From assembly GCA_964371455.1 (NCBI GenBank), contig CAYJMB010000001.1, positions 1-55,800 of the forward strand: DNA of 55,800 nt, in the 5' to 3' direction. The notes below the pieces were generated by a model. That model was given only the letters and a program-made list of their open reading frames with translations, did no database searches and was not told the DNA's origin. Positions 37,357 through 45,906 of the stretch are shown here, piece after piece. Numbering within the stretch: position 1 is the first letter of the stretch; every line of letters starts with the position of its first letter. Position numbers and translations under genes: made by a program. Source of the stretch: an uncultured archaeon. GTDB lineage: Archaea; Aenigmatarchaeota; Aenigmatarchaeia; GW2011-AR5.

Positions 37357-38396
37357 GCAACCTGCGCGGCGCGATAAAGCTTACTACAACCCCGGCACAG
37401 AGCAACTTTGTCACCCATTTTCTGCTGGTGCAAATCTCTTATTTTAGAATAGAGTTCCCCGTTCCATACTTCGGATAAACTCCGTTTGCTGGCGTCGCCT
37501 AAAATAACCTTTCCGTCAAAATCCACACAACATAATGCGACTTTCCCGCTGCTCAGCACAATCATTTCATTCCACAAGCGCCTGCAGGGATAGACGATTT
37601 TTGATCTCTCCACCTCAAGCTCACCCTCGTGCCCTTCCCCCTCCCTGTTGTCAACAATACCGAAATCATATCCATCTACTATGCCATCCCAGAGATTCTT
37701 GAACAAATCAAGCTCATGATAGTTCTCCTTCTGAATCGTACAGTTGACTTCGATCATTGGCTCTACCATACCGTGCCTATTTCTCTCCTCCACCAAATTC
37801 CTTATGTTAGATACGACTACATCAAATTTCCCATTGACACGGATTTTCTCATAAGTTTCCTTTGTTCCGCCGTCGAAACTGAATATAATTTTATTGGGAG
37901 GGTTTGCAAGAAGCTTGTTAATCTTTTCACTGTTCAGGACAGTGCCATTTGAGTAAAACATGACATACATATCCTGGCCCCTCACGAAGCTTATGCGCTC
38001 AAAGATCAGGTGATCGAGAAACGGCTCGCTGTAAAAAGAGAGTATTATTGTGTTTACACCCATTTTCTTCGCGTCAAGCACGATCTTCTTGAATAGTTCC
38101 ATAGGCATGACGGTCTTCTGCCGTGTCATGTCCTTGTACGGACACATAATGCATTTCAGATTGCAGAGGTTGAATGTTTCTATGGAGATCGCCTGCGGGA
38201 TCTGGACATCCTTTAGAACAGCATTTATCCTTCTTGTGTATATCTTGTCGTATGCAATGTAAAACGGGTACCTGTTGATCAGTGCAAACATAAGTTTTTT
38301 CAGGCTGTAATGGTTGTTCGCAAACTGCTTGAAGGAATGATAGAGTTTTTGCATAATAATCACCAATTTCTCGCTAAATGGGCAACATATAATCAC
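37347..38396 (-). CDS. Radical SAM enzyme with SPASM/twitch-type C-terminal Cys-rich domain
   Basis: It has CNLKCIMCPY (CX3CX2C). The C-terminus has CCVDFDGKVILGDASKRSLSEVWNG...CRGC. The real start is possibly M15 (38354). Confidence 0.75.
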   Translation of the reverse strand: MIICCPFSEKLVIIMQKLYHSFKQFANNHYSLKKLMFALINRYPFYIAYDKIYTRRINAVLKDVQIPQAISIETFNLCNLKCIMCPYKDMTRQKTVMPMELFKKIVLDAKKMGVNTIILSFYSEPFLDHLIFERISFVRGQDMYVMFYSNGTVLNSEKINKLLANPPNKIIFSFDGGTKETYEKIRVNGKFDVVVSNIRNLVEERNRHGMVEPMIEVNCTIQKENYHELDLFKNLWDGIVDGYDFGIVDNREGEGHEGELEVERSKIVYPCRRLWNEMIVLSSGKVALCCVDFDGKVILGDASKRSLSEVWNGELYSKIRDLHQQKMGDKVALCRGCSKLYRAAQVAWW

Positions 38397-38522
38397 TAAA
38401 TGGAATAGACTTAAAAATCAATGTCTCCCTGTATATTATAAAGGCTTTTTGGGGCGAACAATGAACTAAATGCAAAACAAAGTTTCCAACTATTTTTAAC
38501 CTTTGCTGTGCAGTGAATTCCA

Positions 38523-39287
38523 ATGACAAGATTAAGCGCGATAGTACTCACGCACAATGCGAGCGGCACGATAAAGGACGTGCTAGCGCAGCTGGACAAA
38601 GCCGCCGACGAAATAATCATAGTGGACGATAACAGCGACGACAACACAACAGAGATCGCCAGAAAGCTAGTACCCAAAGTGAAAATAATAAATCACAAAC
38701 TCACCAACCACGGGGAGCAGAGGAATATAGGCTACGCACATGCAAGCGGAGAATGGCTTGCATGGGTAGATGACGACGAGATATGGGATGACAACCTCGT
38801 AGAGGAAACCAAAAAAATAAAGGAGCTTGACGGGTACGGATACGACGGCTTCGAGTTCCTGTTCAAAACGCCGGTCCTCGGGAATGTTGTCGAGGATGAG
38901 TGGCATATGCGTTTATTCAGAAAAGGGAAAGGGAAAAATACCTCCGCTTTCCATACAACGGTTGAAATGCTACCAGGCTCCAAAATAAAGCGGGTAAGAA
39001 ACGGGCATGTACTGCACCTGACATGGCATGGAGTGGAGCCGTGGCTCAGGAAGCATATATTTTACTCAAAAATGGACGCCGACAGCTACCTTGAGCGCGG
39101 GCTGAACGTCAGCCCCTGGAAAATGATTGGCATGTTCTTTTTCGTATTCTTCAAAAGGCTCCGGCTTGCAAGGTTCGGCATATCGGGAATCACATGGGCA
39201 TTCGCGGCGAGCACTTCGTGGCTTTTCAAGGCGTGCTTTTTGGTCGAGGCGCGGCAAAAGAGAAAACAGCGAATAAGAGCTAAGTAA
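38523..39287 (+). CDS. GT2-family glycosyltransferase (small, WaaE/KdtX-like size)
   Basis: It has LSAIVLTHNASGTIKDVLAQLDKAADEIIIVDDNSDDNT and DDDE. Confidence 0.75.
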   Translation: MTRLSAIVLTHNASGTIKDVLAQLDKAADEIIIVDDNSDDNTTEIARKLVPKVKIINHKLTNHGEQRNIGYAHASGEWLAWVDDDEIWDDNLVEETKKIKELDGYGYDGFEFLFKTPVLGNVVEDEWHMRLFRKGKGKNTSAFHTTVEMLPGSKIKRVRNGHVLHLTWHGVEPWLRKHIFYSKMDADSYLERGLNVSPWKMIGMFFFVFFKRLRLARFGISGITWAFAASTSWLFKACFLVEARQKRKQRIRAK

Positions 39288-39363
39288 TTTGGGGATTTAC
39301 ATGAGAAGTTGGTTCAGTTGTCACTAACATGAGCTGTCAAGTCTTTTGGATATAAATTCTTAA

Positions 39364-39678
39364 ATCCCGTTAGAACTAAATGACGAGCCTCTATGTAATA
39401 GAGGCGTATTCCCGTTTCTAGTTGGAGATAAAGGCACGAAGTTACGTGTTGACGCATATTTTCGTAATTTTAATCTTGTTGTAGAATACGACGGAAAACA
39501 ACATTTTGAAGATGTCAAAAATATGAATAGAAGACCTGGAAGAGCAGAACAGAGAAAAAGGTATGACGAACTAAGAAATAACTTTGCAAAAGAAGGAAAA
39601 TATAAGCTCATACGAGTTTCTTACAAAGAATCTTTAACATTAGCGAGTCCTACAATCAGCTTTACCGAAAGTCAATAA
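39364..39678 (+). pseudogene. Start-less PD-(D/E)xK (Vsr/DUF559-like) nuclease fragment
   Basis: The hand-translated open frame runs from just after the stop at 39361-39363 to the TAA at 39676-39678. It reads ...LRVDAYFRNFNLVVEYDGKQHF...RYDELRNNFAKEGKYKLIRVSY.... There is no ATG/GTG/TTG start before the nuclease core. Confidence 0.45.
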
Positions 39679-39693
39679 CTTTACAGCTTACGG

Positions 39694-40686
39694 CTATTCA
39701 ACAGCCCCAAGCTGCCTTAGCGCATTTGAAAACGGCAGTCTGCTTCTAGAGTACGCTCTGGCTAATTTCTTGAAAGTCGTTGCAAGTGTTTCATGTTTTA
39801 CAACAAAGCGCGAGAAGCGGTCAAATAAGGGAGTGAAAATGAAATAACCCTTCAGGTAGTAATTGCGCCTGAGCTTGTGAAGGACGTCAAGGGTTTTCGC
39901 GTACTCGCTGACTTTTACTTTTGTCGGTGTTCCTTTCTTTGCAAAGAGCCTTACTGAGGAGCCGCGAACAAGCTTAACAATATCGAAGCCGTTCATCTTG
40001 AGAACAGCAGACAGGGTTGCAGGAGAATAGTAATAAGGATGCGCAATGTCGCAGCTTTGTTCAAATCGGCCATAGAATTCATGCACATTAGGGACTTCGA
40101 TATACAAAATGCCATCGTCGGCAAGCAGGTTGCGCAGCTTCCTGAGTACTGAATGCGGGTCTGTTATGTGCTCAAAAACATGAACAAGCGTTATGAAAGA
40201 GTACTCCTTGTGAATTCTTGCTTCTTCTAGAAGTACCGGAATTATTTTAATACCGAATTTCTTCTTCCCGTGATCTGCAAAGGTTTTTGTGGGTTCCAGG
40301 CCTTCTGCCTGCCAACCCATTTGACTGAACTTATATGGCAGGTAGCCCGCAGAGCAGCCGATATCGAGGTACGATTTTATTTTTAGTGTCCTTAGGTCTA
40401 CCGACCTGATAAAAAAGTCTGTTTTTTCCTCTGCGCCGCGGAGACTTCTCTCGTCAAGGGCTTGTGTAGGCTTTTCTGTCCCGCTTGCCAGTTTTCTGTA
40501 AGCTGGAGACGAGTAGAACTTGGAGTATTCATTTTTCGTCATTCTTGGATTCAGGAAAACAAGCCCACAATTTTTGCATATTACTGTATTTGCTTTAATT
40601 TTTTTATTCTTTGTCCTCGTTTCTAGGATTTCGTTCTTGTCAGGACCAGAACCGCAAAGAGCACATGAAACAGTTTCCATGATCAT
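39694..40686 (-). CDS. Class I SAM-dependent methyltransferase with N-terminal zinc ribbon
   Basis: It has a CALCGS...CKNCGLVFLNP zinc ribbon, the motif I sequence YLDIGCSAGY, and ITLVHVFEHI. Confidence 0.75.
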   Translation of the reverse strand: MIMETVSCALCGSGPDKNEILETRTKNKKIKANTVICKNCGLVFLNPRMTKNEYSKFYSSPAYRKLASGTEKPTQALDERSLRGAEEKTDFFIRSVDLRTLKIKSYLDIGCSAGYLPYKFSQMGWQAEGLEPTKTFADHGKKKFGIKIIPVLLEEARIHKEYSFITLVHVFEHITDPHSVLRKLRNLLADDGILYIEVPNVHEFYGRFEQSCDIAHPYYYSPATLSAVLKMNGFDIVKLVRGSSVRLFAKKGTPTKVKVSEYAKTLDVLHKLRRNYYLKGYFIFTPLFDRFSRFVVKHETLATTFKKLARAYSRSRLPFSNALRQLGAVE

Positions 40687-41540
40687 ACCATCTTTTTCAA
40701 ATAAGAAAAATATCGGACAATTGAATATTTCAATGCGTAATATATGAAAGGCCCTTTCAGGTGCAGGTACTTGCGCAAAAATTTGTAGTGCTTTTTCCAG
40801 AAATATATGTTATTCTTAAATAGCGAGAATTCTATCTCTATTTTTTTCTGCGTCCTGCAGCCGCCTGCCCGGCTCAAATAGTTAAGATGCCACACAAATG
40901 CCTTGTTGCAAAAGACTATCTTGAAACCTGCTTTCAGCGCTGAAACATACAGATCTGTTTCCTCCCTGTGGTAATTGCCGCCTATTTTTTCGTCGTAGCG
41001 CAACTTACTAAAAACGCTTCTGCGGAACAGCGCAAAGGGCAAAAGGGTATGAATGGGAATATTCCTGCCCAGGTCAACAGAGAAATTGACGTCTGTGGGG
41101 TAGCAGATGTAGAGATCCTTGTCTGCAGTTCTTTGCGCCCTTTTCATGGCAGAAGCTTTAGTTTCTCCTTGGTACACGAAAATCTGCCTGCCGCCTATGA
41201 TATCTGCGTTCTCTTTTTCCATGTTTTCCATAAGGATTGCAACATAATCCGGCGTGAATTCGACGTCGTCCTCGCCGAAGATTATGAAGTCGCCGGTTGC
41301 ATGAGCAATGCCGTAATTCCGCGCCCCCGGCAGTCCGAGCCTTTTTTCAGGGGAGAGATATTTTATTACCTTGTGATTTTTTATGATGTCTTTAATGTCG
41401 TTGAAGGCAAACCCGCCGTCGTCCACAATGATGATTTCCTTTACAAACTTCTGATTCAGATAAGAAGGCAATGTATTCTTGATAACATCCCCTCTTTTGT
41501 ATGTTGGAATAATGATGCTTACTGTTTTCATGCCGACCAC
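40683..41540 (-). CDS. GT2-family glycosyltransferase
   Basis: It has VSIIIPTYKRGDVIKNTLPSYLNQKFVKEIIIVDDGG and EDD. Confidence 0.75.
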   Translation of the reverse strand: MVGMKTVSIIIPTYKRGDVIKNTLPSYLNQKFVKEIIIVDDGGFAFNDIKDIIKNHKVIKYLSPEKRLGLPGARNYGIAHATGDFIIFGEDDVEFTPDYVAILMENMEKENADIIGGRQIFVYQGETKASAMKRAQRTADKDLYICYPTDVNFSVDLGRNIPIHTLLPFALFRRSVFSKLRYDEKIGGNYHREETDLYVSALKAGFKIVFCNKAFVWHLNYLSRAGGCRTQKKIEIEFSLFKNNIYFWKKHYKFLRKYLHLKGPFIYYALKYSIVRYFSYLKKMV

Positions 41541-41620
41541 AATAATTAAAGAAGCGAAAGATTCTTGTAGTCAAGCCATTGGCAGGAAACCATTTAAGTA
41601 TTACATATTCATACTTAGCT

Positions 41621-42337
41621 ATGAAAGATAAAATTGCGATTTCACTCAGCAAAGATATTATAGAAAAGATAGACAGAAAAATAGACGGCACAAATATCCG
41701 CAGCAGAAGCCAGGCTATTGAGGTTCTTATTAAGAGAGGGCTCATGGCAGAGCATGTGGACACAGCTGTTTTGCTGCTCAGCCAGATGCACTCGCATATC
41801 CCTCTAATGCTCTTCAAGTCTTCTACTGTGTTAGATCAGCAAATAGAATTCCTGAAGAAGAACAGGATAAATAATATATACATTATAGCTCAAGGAAATC
41901 TGAACACAGACAAGGCTGTCGTGATAAGGACAAAAGAGGCGAAAAACGGAGACGCATTGCGCCAGGCAAAGAATATCGCAAAAAATAATTTTATAGTTAT
42001 GAGCGGCGACATATACACCAACTTTAATCTTACTGACATGGTCGCCAAGCATGTTAATTCAGGCAAGCTCGCGACAGTGGGGCTTATAAGCTCGGCTACA
42101 CCATCCAAATATGGAACTGCTGTGCTGGAGGGCGACTTGGTTGCTGCTTTTGCAGAAAAACCAAAGCGTCCTGTATCGCATGTCATCAATGCAGGTATTT
42201 ACATTTTCAGCCCCGAAGTTTTCAGCATTATGAAGGGTTCGATAGAGCGAAATGTCCTGCCAGAGCTGGCGAAAAAGAAACAACTGGTCGGATATTTTGC
42301 TACAGGCGAGTATGTACATTTTGGAGAGAGGAAATAA
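41621..42337 (+). CDS. Ribbon-helix-helix (CopG-like) domain fused to a degenerate sugar-phosphate nucleotidyltransferase-like domain
   Basis: The N-terminus KIAISLSKDIIEKIDRKIDGTNIRSRSQAIEVLIKRGL is an RHH. The remainder aligns with NTP-transferase folds (GDALRQAK, MSGDIYTNF, SKYGTAVLEGD..AFAEKPKRP..HVINAGIYIFSPEVF). The G-x-G-T-R-L loop is replaced by LLLSQMHSHIPL. The ATG at 41621 is preferred over TTG 41579. Confidence 0.55.
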   Translation: MKDKIAISLSKDIIEKIDRKIDGTNIRSRSQAIEVLIKRGLMAEHVDTAVLLLSQMHSHIPLMLFKSSTVLDQQIEFLKKNRINNIYIIAQGNLNTDKAVVIRTKEAKNGDALRQAKNIAKNNFIVMSGDIYTNFNLTDMVAKHVNSGKLATVGLISSATPSKYGTAVLEGDLVAAFAEKPKRPVSHVINAGIYIFSPEVFSIMKGSIERNVLPELAKKKQLVGYFATGEYVHFGERK

Positions 42338-42358
42338 TTTATCAAGCAATAAAATTGA

Positions 42359-43429
42359 CTATAACTTTACCAAATCCTTGGATGCTTCTATAACATCTTC
42401 TACTTTCAGATTCTTCATGTGTTCATGATTACATTCTGGAAACTGGGCGCGAAATGGCAGGATGCATGGGAGGCCGCTGTCTTTTCTCAGACTGACGCAG
42501 TGCTGACCATAAGGGCCAAAGCGTTCCGGTACGTTGGGGCCGAAGAGCCCTACAGTTGGGATACCCATGGCAGCTGCTATGTGCATGGGGCCGGAGTCAT
42601 TGGCTATCACTAATTTCATTTTTGAGAATAGGTACGCAAGCTCATTAATGGAAAGATGGCCGCTAAGGTCTTTTATTCTGTTTCTATACTTACAGAGGCT
42701 GATGATTCTTTTGTTTATGTCCTTTTCATTTTCAGCACCAACCAGATAAACAGCCCAGCCCCTGCTTGCGAAAAAATCACAGATCTTTGCAAAATTCTCC
42801 TCAGGCCATCTTCTTGTTGTGGATGTAGATGCAGAGCCTGCATGTATGGCCAGAGCGTTTTGCTGAAATTTTATTGCGGACGGTTTGGAGAATACCGGGA
42901 CAAGCGCTTTTGGGGCAGGAAAGTACGAAAAAGCGGAAAATATCCTGTAAAAAGACAGCACTGCATGTTCGTTCTCGTTAATTTTGACCGAGCACGTGTA
43001 GAGATGACGGCGATTGTCGAGGCCATAGCGTTTCTGCGCGCCAGAAAGAGCGCTGAGCACAGCAGAGAATTTCATATATGGATCTGCATCAATTGCAACA
43101 GAGAACCGGAATTTTCTTATGGACAATATTGTTGAGATGGCTTTGAAGGGATTAGTGAAATTAAAGACAACAACCTCATCTATGAATTTCTGATTTTCAA
43201 AAACTGCTTTGTTCTCCTCGGTGCAGATTACTGTTATTGTATGGCCTTTATCTTTTATGGCTTTGATGCATGGCAACACTAAAACACTCTCGCCAATTGC
43301 CCATAGTTTTATGATGAGGACATTTTTGTTCGCTGCATTATTTTGCAAGAATGGCAGGAGCAGCCAGCACAGCATATAAAGAAACATGCCAACATACCTG
43401 TCCAGCATACGCAAAATTTTTGGCTGCAT
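42359..43429 (-). CDS. GT9-family glycosyltransferase (heptosyltransferase-like), third copy
   Basis: It has NVLIIKLWAIGESVLVLPCIKAI and DLSGHLSINELAYLFSKMKLVIANDSGPMHIAAAMGIPTVGLFGPNVP. Confidence 0.7.
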   Translation of the reverse strand: MQPKILRMLDRYVGMFLYMLCWLLLPFLQNNAANKNVLIIKLWAIGESVLVLPCIKAIKDKGHTITVICTEENKAVFENQKFIDEVVVFNFTNPFKAISTILSIRKFRFSVAIDADPYMKFSAVLSALSGAQKRYGLDNRRHLYTCSVKINENEHAVLSFYRIFSAFSYFPAPKALVPVFSKPSAIKFQQNALAIHAGSASTSTTRRWPEENFAKICDFFASRGWAVYLVGAENEKDINKRIISLCKYRNRIKDLSGHLSINELAYLFSKMKLVIANDSGPMHIAAAMGIPTVGLFGPNVPERFGPYGQHCVSLRKDSGLPCILPFRAQFPECNHEHMKNLKVEDVIEASKDLVKL

Positions 43430-43433
43430 AACA

Positions 43434-44219
43434 TCATTTCCCGTCTGGAGAAGGCGGAGGAATTATCAGATTATCGTGCGCCAACTTGTTTGCCTCTTCG
43501 TATGCCTGTAGCGTGCCGATGTCTATCCAGAATGTTATCTTTTCTGTAAAACCGGCAAGCTTACCTTTTGCAGCAAGCAAGGGGAAAAGACTATCCTCTA
43601 TTTTGATTTCCCTGTCCTCTACCAGCTCTTCTACTTCATCTAATTCAAGAATATAGTACGCAGCGTTTGCCAACAGCGATTCAGGAACACGGGGCTTTTC
43701 AACGAATTTTTCTATCAGCGTAAAGCCGACCTCTTTTTTGATATTGGCTACCCCAAGGCGCTTTGCATTCTCTTCCGTGACTTCAAACAAGGCAACAGTT
43801 GCTGATGTGCCCAGGGCAGCGCGGCATTCTTTATGATAATCCAGCAGATCGGCTACGTTCACGTCAGAAAGGCTGTCCCCATAGGCGACGACAACAGGAC
43901 CTGATTGCAGGCCGCATTCTCTTAAAACTTTTTTTAAATCACCTGCTGTTTCTTTCTGTTCTGTCCTGACCGTCCTGATTGCTCCGCTGTATTTCTCACC
44001 CAGATACTTTTCTATGCAAAAGGCCTGGATTCTGGATAATTCATCTATGTTGCCTGCTATTGCCACTATGATTTCGTCTATTTCGCTGCTTTTTTTCAGG
44101 TTGCCTATGACCCAATCTATGATGGGAACACCTTTCACGGGGAGAAGAGGCTTAGGCACTCCATAAGTAAGCGGCCGCAACCTTGTGCCCTTGCCTGCAG
44201 CAAGAATTATAGCTTTCAT
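43434..44219 (-). CDS. Sugar-1-phosphate nucleotidyltransferase
   Basis: It has the canonical loop MKAIILAAGKGTRLRPLTYGVPKPLLPV, then YGDSLSDVN and EKFVEKP. Sugar specificity cannot be determined from the sequence. Confidence 0.8.
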   Translation of the reverse strand: MKAIILAAGKGTRLRPLTYGVPKPLLPVKGVPIIDWVIGNLKKSSEIDEIIVAIAGNIDELSRIQAFCIEKYLGEKYSGAIRTVRTEQKETAGDLKKVLRECGLQSGPVVVAYGDSLSDVNVADLLDYHKECRAALGTSATVALFEVTEENAKRLGVANIKKEVGFTLIEKFVEKPRVPESLLANAAYYILELDEVEELVEDREIKIEDSLFPLLAAKGKLAGFTEKITFWIDIGTLQAYEEANKLAHDNLIIPPPSPDGK

Positions 44220-44510
44220 CTAACAACCTCCAGCACCAAATCTCCGAGCGTTTGGAAAATGAATGTTCATGTATTTACTGCATCCCTTTAGGGCAGTGTC
44301 TTTCGACCATATCTCTTCTATTTCAGAGGCTTTTGATTCGCTGTGAACGCCAATAGCCAGCTGAATAGTGTTGTCAAATAATGCAGCAAAAAGTGAGATA
44401 ATCGGTGATAGTGGAGACGTTGTTGCGTTACGTATCCCCAAATCAACTATTGCTTGCTGGGCTGCTTGTTCTGTGTAAGTTCCTTGAGGCCCGAGGTATC
44501 CTATCTCCAT
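44220..44510 (-). pseudogene. Prephenate-dehydratase-like relic (96 codons)
   Basis: MEIGYLGPQGTYTEQAAQQAI matches the PDT N-terminal signature (xxxYLGPxGTFxxxAA). The product is far too short, and it lacks the catalytic TRF region and the ACT domain. It is wedged between ugd and the NTP-transferase gene. Confidence 0.35.
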
Positions 44511-44514
44511 ATAA

Positions 44515-45819
44515 TCACCAGCAAACTCCTTCAGAACCTGAGACCTGCGCCTTGTCAAGGATGCAGCGGCCTTCTATGATGATTTTATTTTTCATAGAAG
44601 AAAAGTCGCTGTCCGCAAGCTCAGAAAATTCTTCCCATGCCGTCAGGATGAGACAGGCGTCTGCACCTTCTAGGGCTTCTTTTATAGAACTGACGTACTT
44701 TACAGTAGGAAATATCTTTTTCATGTTTTCATTTGCGAGAGGATCGTAAGCATAGATGATGGCATTTAGCTGGCGGAGCTCGCGGATGGTGTCAATAGCA
44801 ATAGAATCCCGGACATCGCCTGTGTTTTCCTTGAACGCCAGACCAAGAAGGGCTATCTTTTTTCCTGCAGGATTGATTTTGGTTTTCAGGATCTCTATGA
44901 TCTTTCTTTTCTGGATTTCGTTTGCTTTCATAACTGCGTCCAGCACATACGATGGCTCATTTTTCTCCCTGAAGAGAGAAGTCAGGGCCGAAATGTCCTT
45001 TGGGAAGCAGGAGCCACCGAAGCCGCAGCCTGCATTGAGGAAATAGGGGGATATGCGCTTGTCGTAACCCATACCGCGCGCAACTTCATAGATGTCAATG
45101 CCAAGCTTCTTGCAGAGGTTGCCCAATTCATTGATAAATGTCACCTTGGTTGCGAGGAATGCGTTAGACGCGTACTTTATCATTGCCGCTGTTTTTAGAG
45201 ACGTCCGCATGACAGGCGCGCCGAAATCCGCGTAGAGATTTTCAATGACATCGCCACTTCTTTTGTCAAATTCGCCAATGACGATGCGGTCCGGGTTCAT
45301 GAAATCGTGAAGAGCGAAACCCTCGCGCAGAAACTCCGGGTTCATGGCGATGCCGAAATCTGTGCCAGCGCGCTTGCCTGATGCCCTTTCTATAATTTTT
45401 GCAGCCTCTTCTGCTGTGCCTGGGAGAACTGTGGATTTGATGCAGATGACATGGTAAGCATTTTTGGTTTTAATCGCAGCAGCAATAGCATCAGCAGCAC
45501 TGGCGATCTGGCTCACGTCTATGGACCCATCCGGCTTTGACGGCGTACCGACGCAGATGAACGTTATGTCCGAGTTCTGGACTGCGTGTGTATAATCGGC
45601 AGTTGCAAAAATGAGTTTTTTACCAAGCGCTTCCTTGAGGCTGTCTGCTATATTTTCTTCGTAGAATGGCGGAATGCCTTTATTTATGTCGTTGACTTTC
45701 TCCTCATCCCTGTCGATACAGATACAGCTGTGACCATGATGGGCGAGACCTAAAGCAGTGCTCAAGCCTACATAACCTGCGCCTACTATGGAGATTTTCA
45801 TGATTATCTTCTTTAGCAA
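44515..45819 (-). CDS. ugd: UDP-glucose/GDP-mannose dehydrogenase-family enzyme (UDP-glucose 6-dehydrogenase-like)
   Basis: It has KISIVGAGYVGL, a catalytic FGGSCFPKD motif and a C-terminal UDP-binding domain. The likely start is M7 (45801). Confidence 0.85.
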   Translation of the reverse strand: MLKKIIMKISIVGAGYVGLSTALGLAHHGHSCICIDRDEEKVNDINKGIPPFYEENIADSLKEALGKKLIFATADYTHAVQNSDITFICVGTPSKPDGSIDVSQIASAADAIAAAIKTKNAYHVICIKSTVLPGTAEEAAKIIERASGKRAGTDFGIAMNPEFLREGFALHDFMNPDRIVIGEFDKRSGDVIENLYADFGAPVMRTSLKTAAMIKYASNAFLATKVTFINELGNLCKKLGIDIYEVARGMGYDKRISPYFLNAGCGFGGSCFPKDISALTSLFREKNEPSYVLDAVMKANEIQKRKIIEILKTKINPAGKKIALLGLAFKENTGDVRDSIAIDTIRELRQLNAIIYAYDPLANENMKKIFPTVKYVSSIKEALEGADACLILTAWEEFSELADSDFSSMKNKIIIEGRCILDKAQVSGSEGVCW

Positions 45820-45906
45820 TAGATGGAACTTTTTTAAGCTTCGCTCCCTGCTTATATTTTAGGACAAAAAGTGAACTATATATTTGGATACTGTCAGTTT
45901 TTGGGA

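Noticed and set aside
38411-38677. An 88-aa minus-strand ORF spans the divergent promoter between the SPASM radical SAM gene and the GT2 gene.
   Set aside because: It overlaps the 5' end of the well-supported GT2 gene, and its translation is Ser/Leu-rich and low-complexity. The region is more plausibly a shared promoter (tatattataaagg) plus GT2 coding sequence.
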